From a virus (Duplodnaviria; Caudoviricetes), in IMG/VR virus record IMGVR_UViG_3300045594_000116, positions 1 through 64,000 of that record: a stretch of DNA of 64,000 nt, one strand, 5' to 3'. Of this stretch, positions 10,453 to 18,955 are shown piece after piece. How positions within the stretch are numbered: position 1 is the stretch's first letter; the number at the start of each line of letters is the position of its first letter. The position numbers were made by a program, and so were the translations under genes. Under the pieces are notes generated by a model. The model saw only the letters and a list, made by a program, of their open reading frames with translations. It was not told where the DNA came from and did not search any database.

Positions 10453-10600
10453 AATAAACACCTTTCTTTAATAAAAAATATATATAGTTTTTTTATATAG
10501 TGTTATATTATTAATTATTTTTTATTAAAAAAGATGAGTAAGCACTAAAATGCTCTAATCGCATTAGTTCAGATGCGTTAAACGCCTCAAATAAGGGATC

Positions 10601-11569
10601 TCAGCTGAAACCGCCGCAATTTTGATTGTGGCAAGTCCCTCCATAACATGATTGGCAGGACAACTGGCAAGGTTGCTGGCAAGTCACCTGACAGGTCAGG
10701 GCACAACCTCCATCGTTCCATGGCCCATAGGAATCTATAGCGTGACTGATCTGACGCAGATTAGTAGTGATGGCTATAAACGTGCTAGCCATGATCTTCT
10801 GCCCTGCGGCAACCGAAGCAATAGAGCCTGCACCTGTACCATTTGAATACTCTACAGCCTGTACTCTATTGGTATTGGTGCATTCATAGACATATCCTGG
10901 GTCTGTTGTTGATTCCATATCTGACCATCCATAAAGCTTTACACGATTTGAACACTCAAGGGTAGGATTCGAGCAAACGTTATAAGTACCCGTTGTATCT
11001 GTATTGGTGATTGGACCTTCCTTGAAGATCTGTTTCTTTGTAACGGTATAATACGTTGGATTACCATCTGCATCCAAAACTGGAACAGGGTTCTTAAATC
11101 CTGCGATCATCTTTGGTGTACCATCAGCATTGAATACACCAATACCAGTAACTGGATCTACTTCCTGCATATCCGGAACTGTCTTCTGCTCCTGCTTCTG
11201 AATAAGAGTTTTCGAAACTGGGAACTGACATGGACGGGACTCCATCTTTGTATATGTATTACCAACAGTGGATGTCATCTCATTTGTATATTTGATAATT
11301 GTATTGATCCATGATGCATAAACCGGAGCATCTGTAACGATAGCCCCTTTAGTGTTACGCATCTCCGACTCCTTACCAGCATCTGCAATACCAGAAAGCT
11401 GTTTCAAACCCATGGTAGCCGGATTTGCTTTGATCTTATTCCAAGAATCTCTTTCATTCATAACAGTGAGCAATACGTCCAAAAGATATGAAGTAGAGGA
11501 TGCATAGATTTCATCCCCTGCTTTCACATCTGCTGGTTCCGTATAGTGAACTACACCTCTATCAGCCAT
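10601..11569 (-). CDS. Virion-like protein with C-terminal Cys-rich SCIFF/ranthipeptide-like core (putative rSAM substrate)
   Basis: Ends GGCALTCQVTCQQPCQLSCQSCYGGTCHNQNCGGFS (8 Cys); three G/A-x-x-I/V-x-AS helix motifs; overlaps rSAM 1 by 8 bp. Confidence 0.8.
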   Translation of the reverse strand: MADRGVVHYTEPADVKAGDEIYASSTSYLLDVLLTVMNERDSWNKIKANPATMGLKQLSGIADAGKESEMRNTKGAIVTDAPVYASWINTIIKYTNEMTSTVGNTYTKMESRPCQFPVSKTLIQKQEQKTVPDMQEVDPVTGIGVFNADGTPKMIAGFKNPVPVLDADGNPTYYTVTKKQIFKEGPITNTDTTGTYNVCSNPTLECSNRVKLYGWSDMESTTDPGYVYECTNTNRVQAVEYSNGTGAGSIASVAAGQKIMASTFIAITTNLRQISHAIDSYGPWNDGGCALTCQVTCQQPCQLSCQSCYGGTCHNQNCGGFS

Positions 11570-12944
11570 TTACTTTTTCCTCCTTAACCAACTTCCCAGC
11601 ATCCTGAATTGAAATACCGGAAGCACTAAGATAATACGTAAGCACCGTGGTAATTATATTATCTAAATAGATTCTAAATGTCGGAAGGATAAATTGATCC
11701 ATTCCGTCTATCATCTCTTTAAGATGGGTAATACGAGTTACAGCCGTAAGACGATCAGAGAGATTAGTATTGTGATAAATCGTATCTGCATAATCTTTGA
11801 GCTTCAGATTCTCTTTAAGAATAACAAGCTGTCTGTTACGAATATTCGTAGCATGAAGAAGCTTATGCTGATACTTTCTCGTTGCCTCTACAAGAACTAT
11901 TCTCGTATTGCAATAATCATCCGATGGGATATGCTCATCGCCTGTCATACGCCAATTCTCTGAGATGCATCCGCCTTTGCAGATAGCTTTACCAATACAA
12001 TCTTTACATTGCTCTTTAAGATATGGGGTGTGTACATCTTTACATGCAAACTTACTCATATCAATACCAGTGTACAGATTACCAATCTTTGTCATCTTCT
12101 TACGATCTTCCGTAGACGTAGGGCACTGATGGCATGGATAAACATCTGCGTTAGTATCAAAGCAGCACCACTTATCAGAGTAGATCGGGCACATGAGAGG
12201 ATCATCAACCTCTGGCGACATCACATTTACAAGAATATCATTCGTATTCTTGATAGAGATATTGCGCTTGCATGTCTCATCATTCATATATGAGAAATAC
12301 AGCTCAAACATATCAAGATAACACTGCTTAAGTTCAGCAAGATGCTCCTTAGACCATGCTACATCTACTACAGCCATTGGACAGAGATTATTGATACCCA
12401 TTTCGATAAGCTCTTTAACTCCTTCAGCTGCATACTTTGCATCTTCCGGCATAATAGTAAGACGAGCCTCAATGAATAATGCCAACCCAGCATCGATAAG
12501 ACGATGAATATTCTTTACAACCGTATCATATGTACCACACCTATTACGGTCATGGACTTTCTTGATACCGTCTATACTGACCATAAGCATAACTTCATAA
12601 TCATCAAAGTATTTGATCATCTCATCGGTAAGAAGTGTAAGATTGGTAGTAATGCCCATCTTCGTTTTATACTTCTTTTCAGCACAATGATCCAATACTG
12701 CTTTGATAGCCGGCCAATTAAGAAGTGGTTCACCACCAAAGATATTGATGGTGAACGTTCCTACCCCTGAACTGACTTTATTATATGCAGCATCTACAAT
12801 ATCAATCGCAGTCTGCGGTTTCATAATAGCCGGATGCTTATCATGCTCAAAGCAGTAGCGACACGCAATATTACACCCATCAGTAACATTGAGTGTTATA
12901 GAATCACAATTATAAACATCGGCAAACTTTTTCAATTCTGACAT
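11562..12944 (-). CDS. Radical SAM/SPASM maturase-like protein 1
   Basis: CNIACRYC, IFGGEPL, TTN, SIDG, C...DVYPC...IGNL...CKDCIGKAICKGGC...C, plus a ~100 aa helical C-terminal extension. Confidence 0.95.
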   Translation of the reverse strand: MSELKKFADVYNCDSITLNVTDGCNIACRYCFEHDKHPAIMKPQTAIDIVDAAYNKVSSGVGTFTINIFGGEPLLNWPAIKAVLDHCAEKKYKTKMGITTNLTLLTDEMIKYFDDYEVMLMVSIDGIKKVHDRNRCGTYDTVVKNIHRLIDAGLALFIEARLTIMPEDAKYAAEGVKELIEMGINNLCPMAVVDVAWSKEHLAELKQCYLDMFELYFSYMNDETCKRNISIKNTNDILVNVMSPEVDDPLMCPIYSDKWCCFDTNADVYPCHQCPTSTEDRKKMTKIGNLYTGIDMSKFACKDVHTPYLKEQCKDCIGKAICKGGCISENWRMTGDEHIPSDDYCNTRIVLVEATRKYQHKLLHATNIRNRQLVILKENLKLKDYADTIYHNTNLSDRLTAVTRITHLKEMIDGMDQFILPTFRIYLDNIITTVLTYYLSASGISIQDAGKLVKEEKVNG

Positions 12945-12958
12945 TCTGTTTATCCCCT

Positions 12959-13243
12959 TTACTTAAACGTAACCGTTCTTGCATGCCAAGCATTATTATG
13001 AAAGGTCTCAAGAAGGTTAGTTTCCATATTCATATGCATATTCTTACCATTTATAGGAGAGGAAGGTCTATTGGCCGTAGCACCAATAGTAATGATATTA
13101 TCTCCTAAGCCATTCTGAACGATATTCATTTTACGAACAAGTTCATTAAACTCATCCTTAGTACACTTACCATAGATAAGTGAGATAAGACTAGGGGATA
13201 GGTCATTCTTTTTTGTACCTGTCTCCTCAAGATTGATAGCCAT
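12959..13243 (-). CDS. Small structural-type protein (94 aa), paralog of next gene
   Basis: INLE..DLSPSL..P.SPING..W pattern; GGAGGG RBS. Confidence 0.75.
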   Translation of the reverse strand: MAINLEETGTKKNDLSPSLISLIYGKCTKDEFNELVRKMNIVQNGLGDNIITIGATANRPSSPINGKNMHMNMETNLLETFHNNAWHARTVTFK

Positions 13244-13258
13244 AATTTATTCCCTCCT

Positions 13259-13537
13259 TTAGGCGTATACGCCATGAGAAGGTTTCCATCCGCCGGCATA
13301 TGAATAGAGCTGATCATTGCTTACATTGAATGCAAGTTCACGGTTATTAACCGGATTGGCTATATTCCCAAGATTGTCAGTAATACTCACACGATTCTCA
13401 CCAAGCTGACTAAAGAGCTTGGTTATGGTATTATCGGCCGTAGAGAAAGTAGAAGTATCTACGCTATCTCTAATTTTATCCTGTAAGCTTGGTGCTAATT
13501 CCTCAAACGTGATTTTATCTTCAAGATTAAAAGACAT
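13259..13537 (-). CDS. Small structural-type protein (92 aa), paralog of previous gene
   Basis: FNLE..ELAPSL..NPVNN..W; start MSFNLED after AAGGAGG. Confidence 0.75.
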   Translation of the reverse strand: MSFNLEDKITFEELAPSLQDKIRDSVDTSTFSTADNTITKLFSQLGENRVSITDNLGNIANPVNNRELAFNVSNDQLYSYAGGWKPSHGVYA

Positions 13538-13557
13538 TGTTATTACCTCCTTTGATT

Positions 13558-13569
13558 TACCTATATGTC
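13558..13569 (-). promoter_or_regulatory. Late-like promoter GACA-N6-TA driving the rSAM/Cys-tail operon
   Basis: GACA TATAGG TA; the NACA-N6-TA motif recurs upstream of at least 15 genes in the window. Confidence 0.65.
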
Positions 13570-13658
13570 CCAATAATAGAGTTTGAGGCTCCTGCTGGTA
13601 TCAGGTTCTCCCCATATCTATCTATTATATAAAAGTTTATTTAAGCATAAAAAATAAC

Positions 13659-13683
13659 AGGATAGGCCTATTGCCTATCCTGC
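13659..13683. terminator. Terminator-like hairpin
   Basis: caggataggc-ctatt-gcctatcctg with a T run on the minus strand. Confidence 0.65.
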
Positions 13684-13694
13684 TATTATTGTAA

Positions 13695-14294
13695 TTAATT
13701 ATCTTCTTTTGCAGATTCACGATAGAACTGTGCATTCGTGATATGAATGTTTCCCATGATATTATCCTGAAGAAGCATAATGTATAACTTCCACGGAGTA
13801 ATCTGAGAAAGGCTGCTAGAAGCACCTACAAGAGTCTTATCACCGAATGCGGCTTTAACCAAAGTAGAACCTACTTCAGAACAATCCATCTGCTTATCCA
13901 CATCAGCTCTAAGAATCTTTGCAAGGAAATTAGCAAAGCGGCGACTGCAAGTATCAGCAATACCACCGAGGAATACAGACTTAAAACTATACGACATCTT
14001 AAGTTCTGCAATCTCAACTGCTTTCTTTTCTACTACAGCATACTGCTCATCCGTCAATTCGATAGTAAGACGACACTGCTTAGGTGTATGGTCATACTTC
14101 GTGATATCAGAAAGAACAACTCCCTCGCCGAGAGCCTCAAGGATAGTAGAGCCATATCCTGTGAGATAGTCAAAGGATACAGCTACATGGGATGCAAATT
14201 CATCACCATGCTCAAATGCCTGTATAAGCCAATGCAAATCAGAGTCAAATTGCTTCTCTTCTTTACTTACAAAGATGATAGTTAACTCTTTCAT
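13695..14294 (-). CDS. Permuted papain-like (NlpC/P60, YiiX/YebB-type) amidase/peptidase
   Basis: SHVAV...ILEA...GV (His first), later Y...DCSE (Cys): permuted catalytic order. Confidence 0.8.
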   Translation of the reverse strand: MKELTIIFVSKEEKQFDSDLHWLIQAFEHGDEFASHVAVSFDYLTGYGSTILEALGEGVVLSDITKYDHTPKQCRLTIELTDEQYAVVEKKAVEIAELKMSYSFKSVFLGGIADTCSRRFANFLAKILRADVDKQMDCSEVGSTLVKAAFGDKTLVGASSSLSQITPWKLYIMLLQDNIMGNIHITNAQFYRESAKEDN

Positions 14295-14297
14295 AGC

Positions 14298-16649
14298 TTA
14301 TACCTCCTTGGAAATAGCTACTGATCCAGTATTGAAACCGACCGTAACGTAGCCAGATCCATCAGCGGCTTTAACAACTGATTGTCTATATGATGGGCTT
14401 GGAGCTGCAACTGCCGTTCTATCCCCATTGATAGCCACACCGGTAAGCGTACTTCCGCCATAAAGGTTACCATAGTAACGAGTAGTGGAAATACGATAGT
14501 CTTTATCTCTATGGATGATGATAGTAGCTAAGACTTCATCATCTTTACTTTCGAGCTGCAGAGTGTTATCAGTCTCAGGAATGAGATCCTCGGCATTGAT
14601 AGAGCGAGAGCCTTTTGCAAGAGCAGAGACAAGGGTATTATAGCCAGTAGCTGTCGTTTTGTTAACGATCTTATACTCAGCCTCTACCCCATCTTTAGTT
14701 ACGAATACGCCTTCGATCATGACTTTAGATGAATGAGCTGATTTACTATAAGCCGTATACGGAATAGCTTTCAATCCTTCAATATGGTCAAAATTCTCAA
14801 CTACGAATACAGGACGGAATCCGATATTAGTAGCTGAATAATCAGTAGCTGGAATAGCGCGCTGAAGCGATGTAGTTGACTTATCTTCTTCAGTATAGAA
14901 CGCTTCGCTAAATCCTTTAACGATAACAGCAGTATCCTTCGGATTCCAAGTCTTAGAGTAACAAGCAGCTTTTTCTGTATGCCAAACCTGCTGAGTAGTA
15001 AGAGTGCTATCAGCTGGCAGTGAATTGATGAAATCTTCATACTGAGAAGCATTAGATTTCGTATTCACATGAGCATCTACAGAGGAAGATGGAAGCGTAA
15101 TGTAACCATCAATATCTCCAATCTTAGTGCTAACTCCAAGACCAGTGATATTCGGATATCTGTTTCCAATAATAGTATTGTAACAGATACCAGTCTGGAT
15201 AACACGATCAGCCATTAAGATCTTTTTACCTTCTTTTGTATAACCGACAAAGTTGAAAGCAAACCGGCCATCAGGAGTAGGATTTTCTCTGTCCTTGAGA
15301 TACCCTTTTGTGGCCTTTCCAAGATTCATGAAAGTCCCGTAAGCATTAGCAGTAGCTGTATACTCACATTCGATGCATTTTCCAGGTCCAAGATCTGATA
15401 CTTTGTTTACCACTGTATAAGCAGGGGCTGCATTATCAGGAGTATTGATTGGTCTGATGATCAGAACTGGACGGTATCCATAATCAGCAGATGTAGTTGC
15501 AGCAGCAACGTTTATCGTAGCGGCAGAATCAGATCCGCTACCACGTACGATATACCCTCCAGGAGGATTGGAGAAGTCATCATTGTAACACGAAATAGTT
15601 CTCGTGAAAGAACCGATATTCGTATCCCAGAAGTCTTCAATAGTCTCAGTTCCACGAGGAATAGACGTACCCAGTATAAGCTGATCATACTCTCCCGGTT
15701 CTCCTTCTTTCTGCGCAGAATCAATCATACGCATAAAGAAGTCTCCGACAATTTCCGAATTCGTAATGGCTGTAGGTTCGGTCCAAAGAACTCTATCAAG
15801 GCCAGCATTATACAACGTAGTATAATTGATATTGGTCTGGATAGGTTTATCTGCAATGAACTTGCCATATCCTTCTTTTGTTCTACCAGCATAAACAAAG
15901 TTGAACATCTGAATCGTAGAAGAGTTTCCATCGGTTCCGACATAGTCAACTGTAATGCTAGTAACCGAATACGTTTTCGTAGTATCAGTTCCATCAATAC
16001 CGATCAGAAGAGCGATGCCAATTCCTTCGGTAATTTTCATAGCTGCATAATCTGTAGCTGTAAGCTTTGCAATATCGGTATAATCAGCCATCTTAGTTTT
16101 CAAAACATCAGTGGTCTGAGTAAGATCTACTGTTACCCACGTTTTGGACGTAGGATCGTAAGTCTGCCAATCCGTATTGTTTGTAGAAATAGCAACCTTG
16201 CAGAACAAGTTGCTTGCTGCTACGGTAATAGAGTTAATACCATCAACGTATTCCTGCACACTGATAAGATCTTTCGTAACTACAAGCTGGTCATTAGGAA
16301 TTGCCGTGATAATGGTAGTTCCTGCAGTAGTCATAGAGATGAAATTCTTATAGTTAGCAACATTGATGCTATCTTTTGTCTCAGTCTTTGTACCGTTTGA
16401 CATGATCGTCGTATCAACTTTAAGCTCTCTAGTAGTGAGCATCGTGATTGCTGAACCACAACTAATCATCTTAGGATCTTTCGCACCAGATGCTTTGAAA
16501 TAAGATCCATCAACAACAAGAGGGTCTTTGATTTTACGACCATTGTTAGGCTTAAGCCCAAGATTACTGAAGGTACCAACGGCACCAGCAGTATAAGTGT
16601 ACTTACAGCCTAACTTCTGACCAACGGTAAGAGAATTCAAATCTATCAA
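14298..16649 (-). CDS. Tail-associated/adhesin-like protein (783 aa) with two copies of a CxYT..GTF.NLG..FNFV..ADxxIQ..GF/YRPV domain
   Basis: Internal duplication visible in the translation; Thr-rich. Confidence 0.75.
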   Translation of the reverse strand: MIDLNSLTVGQKLGCKYTYTAGAVGTFSNLGLKPNNGRKIKDPLVVDGSYFKASGAKDPKMISCGSAITMLTTRELKVDTTIMSNGTKTETKDSINVANYKNFISMTTAGTTIITAIPNDQLVVTKDLISVQEYVDGINSITVAASNLFCKVAISTNNTDWQTYDPTSKTWVTVDLTQTTDVLKTKMADYTDIAKLTATDYAAMKITEGIGIALLIGIDGTDTTKTYSVTSITVDYVGTDGNSSTIQMFNFVYAGRTKEGYGKFIADKPIQTNINYTTLYNAGLDRVLWTEPTAITNSEIVGDFFMRMIDSAQKEGEPGEYDQLILGTSIPRGTETIEDFWDTNIGSFTRTISCYNDDFSNPPGGYIVRGSGSDSAATINVAAATTSADYGYRPVLIIRPINTPDNAAPAYTVVNKVSDLGPGKCIECEYTATANAYGTFMNLGKATKGYLKDRENPTPDGRFAFNFVGYTKEGKKILMADRVIQTGICYNTIIGNRYPNITGLGVSTKIGDIDGYITLPSSSVDAHVNTKSNASQYEDFINSLPADSTLTTQQVWHTEKAACYSKTWNPKDTAVIVKGFSEAFYTEEDKSTTSLQRAIPATDYSATNIGFRPVFVVENFDHIEGLKAIPYTAYSKSAHSSKVMIEGVFVTKDGVEAEYKIVNKTTATGYNTLVSALAKGSRSINAEDLIPETDNTLQLESKDDEVLATIIIHRDKDYRISTTRYYGNLYGGSTLTGVAINGDRTAVAAPSPSYRQSVVKAADGSGYVTVGFNTGSVAISKEV

Positions 16650-16663
16650 TTATTTTCCCTCCC

Positions 16664-16831
16664 TTACTTTGTTGCGTTTTCTTTATACATAATAACCTTA
16701 AAATCTCCAAGGGTCTTAAGGTCTGAAACGACTGGATTCTGAAGCTGCGTAGATTTCATTGCAGTGACAAATTCCTCTTCGGTCATTTCGGATACTTTCT
16801 TGGTAGAAAGCTGTTGGAAAGTTCCAGCCAT
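16664..16831 (-). CDS. Small protein (55 aa) MAGTFQQLSTKKVSEMTEEEF...
   Basis: Hand-translated; AAAGGGTG RBS; fills the gap between operon genes. Confidence 0.65.
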   Translation of the reverse strand: MAGTFQQLSTKKVSEMTEEEFVTAMKSTQLQNPVVSDLKTLGDFKVIMYKENATK

Positions 16832-16847
16832 TTTAATTCACCCTTTC

Positions 16848-17456
16848 TTAATGGAACAAATCCGTGCACTTAGCATCGTCATTATAAACGAGCACAAGGC
16901 GCGCATTCATAGCTCCAGTGGTATAAGAGAAACCAGCCGGGGTAGTGGCAAAGTCAGCATACCCAGGAGTCGGGTTGTAATTCTCCTGAATGAACTCATA
17001 ACGATCTCCGTCAGTTCCATTACAGAAGTTAGTGTAGCGATCAGCTACAAGAACAGCGCCATTCAGCGTACTGGTCATAGCGATGCACTCATTCATATTC
17101 GGAACACGCATCAGATAGTCTTTTGTATCGATGGTAACTTTCTTTCCATAGATAAGATTATCAGCATTCATTGCTGCATAGAACGTTGCAGCCGCAATAC
17201 CGGCTTTAGCGAAAAGCTTTTTATTCGGTGCAAGAACACCTTTAGCAATCTTGATAAGATACACATATCCATCAAGAACCGGAGTATCTGCCTGAACGTT
17301 CAATTCTGCTACTTTCGTAGTATCAACAGTACCGATTTCCGAATAGGAACCAGCACCAGTTGCAGACGTAGTAGTATAACGAGCGGCAATATAATCACCG
17401 ATATTCATATCGGCTACTTTAGTCTGAAGTTTACCGCCAGTAATAGGTGTGGCCAT
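16848..17456 (-). CDS. Single-domain paralog of the repeat in the 783-aa protein
   Basis: DMNIGDYIAARYT..G.GSYSEIG..DGYVYLIK; AAGGAGG RBS. Confidence 0.8.
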   Translation of the reverse strand: MATPITGGKLQTKVADMNIGDYIAARYTTTSATGAGSYSEIGTVDTTKVAELNVQADTPVLDGYVYLIKIAKGVLAPNKKLFAKAGIAAATFYAAMNADNLIYGKKVTIDTKDYLMRVPNMNECIAMTSTLNGAVLVADRYTNFCNGTDGDRYEFIQENYNPTPGYADFATTPAGFSYTTGAMNARLVLVYNDDAKCTDLFH

Positions 17457-17471
17457 TTATTATTCCTCCTT

Positions 17472-17870
17472 TTATTTTCCTCTGTTAGTAGGCATAGCGC
17501 CTCTATCAGAGTTCAACAGCGAATTGATTCCATGCTCACCAAGATTCTTACCAACTACCATGATATAGAAATCTCTGATAGCGCTAAGATCAAAGTGAAT
17601 ATTACTATAGATAGCGTTGAGTGTCCATGCTACCAAATAGACAAAAATGAAGAATCCAGTGCATTTGAACAATGCATCGATTGGAACCTTGATATACTTA
17701 CCAATAGCCGTTACTGTTTTAACGAACTTGGCATATTTGGAGTCCTGCTCAATCTCAGCATCTGCCTGATCTTCAACTGTTACATGCTCTACCGTAGTCG
17801 GTTGAGTATTCGTAGTGGTTGTTTCAGGCTCTGCATTTGTATTTGTAGAACCATTTTCATTATCAGCCAT
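17472..17870 (-). CDS. Membrane protein, holin-like
   Basis: Hydrophilic N-terminus then a TM segment (FFIFVYLVAWTL); start MADNENG after GAGGTG; late-like promoter at 17889-17900. Confidence 0.55.
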   Translation of the reverse strand: MADNENGSTNTNAEPETTTTNTQPTTVEHVTVEDQADAEIEQDSKYAKFVKTVTAIGKYIKVPIDALFKCTGFFIFVYLVAWTLNAIYSNIHFDLSAIRDFYIMVVGKNLGEHGINSLLNSDRGAMPTNRGK

Positions 17871-17971
17871 TATAATCACCTCTCTAATTACTTCTATGTT
17901 TAAGACCTTATCCCAGCCCAAATTGAGCTCTCGACATACTTATAATCATCAAAGAAAGGAGGGGTAGAGAA

Positions 17972-18955
17972 GTGAAAGCGGACAAGAGAAAACTTGCTGT
18001 TAGATACTTAATGATACTAGCTCTCTTTCCGATTGCCGTTATGGTATCGGAAGTCTACTACACATATCAACAGGTTCAAAGCATCAATAATAAGCAATCC
18101 TACGTTGTATCTAGAATTGAATCCCGAAAATGGGATATGATAGAAAATACAATTGAGGAAAACGAGCAAAAAGCTAAACTGCAGGTTGACGCCGTTAAGG
18201 ACAAAATCAGTACAGAGATACTTATTGCTTATGGATCAGATATGGATAAGTTAAAAATCGATTTATCGGATAAAAATGACAGTCCGGTATTTACAATCTT
18301 TAACAAAAATATATCGAATAAATATCTGAATGTGAATTCAGATAACAATCGTTTGTTTATCGCTGACAAGACCGGCATAATTGCCGATAAAGGAATTACA
18401 TCTAGTGAGAAAAAATCAAGAGACTGGGACACAGAGATCAATTCCAAACTCAATCAGAATCTAGCTTCTAAAGCAGTATCCATGATTTTGATGAAAGATA
18501 AACACATAATCTACTGGACACCAGATGGAACAGATCCAGAAACTGCAGCTGATAAAGAATCATACCCTAGTATGAAATATATCGAAGCAGCATATAATCA
18601 ATATGGTATAGACGCTTTAAAGAACTATGATGTGCTAGTGCCATCATATATCACTGAAAGCGGTGACATATTCGGAATTCCTGACGTAGATAATCATGGA
18701 TATAGATTATCAAATCAGAAAATCATTGTAGTACAAGAATTTAATATATATGATGCCATACAGGCTCATATGGATGATATCAACAGATACAATGACAGCA
18801 TTAGCAATTTCAAGGAAAGATCAAAGGAAAGCGTCAACGGCATAGTACAATCGTTCATGTTAATTTTGGTACTTACGTTTTTCTCGACAATCGCAATGCT
18901 ATACGGGGCAAATCTCATAATTAAATGGGGTGGTGATGATGACTCCAATGACTGA
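17972..18955 (+). CDS. Two-TM membrane protein with ~270 aa extracytoplasmic domain
   Basis: TM near aa 12-30 and aa 295-315; AAGGAGG RBS; GACA-N6-TA at 17933-17944. Confidence 0.8.
   Translation: MKADKRKLAVRYLMILALFPIAVMVSEVYYTYQQVQSINNKQSYVVSRIESRKWDMIENTIEENEQKAKLQVDAVKDKISTEILIAYGSDMDKLKIDLSDKNDSPVFTIFNKNISNKYLNVNSDNNRLFIADKTGIIADKGITSSEKKSRDWDTEINSKLNQNLASKAVSMILMKDKHIIYWTPDGTDPETAADKESYPSMKYIEAAYNQYGIDALKNYDVLVPSYITESGDIFGIPDVDNHGYRLSNQKIIVVQEFNIYDAIQAHMDDINRYNDSISNFKERSKESVNGIVQSFMLILVLTFFSTIAMLYGANLIIKWGGDDDSND

Noticed and set aside
4070-12944. rSAMs as QueE/7-deazaguanine or anaerobic RNR activase genes
   Set aside because: All have SPASM-type C-terminal clusters, and no que, dpd or nrdD neighbours are present
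16764-17903. 379-aa plus-strand ORF
   Set aside because: Antisense shadow of RBS-supported minus-strand genes; Ile/Ser-rich composition
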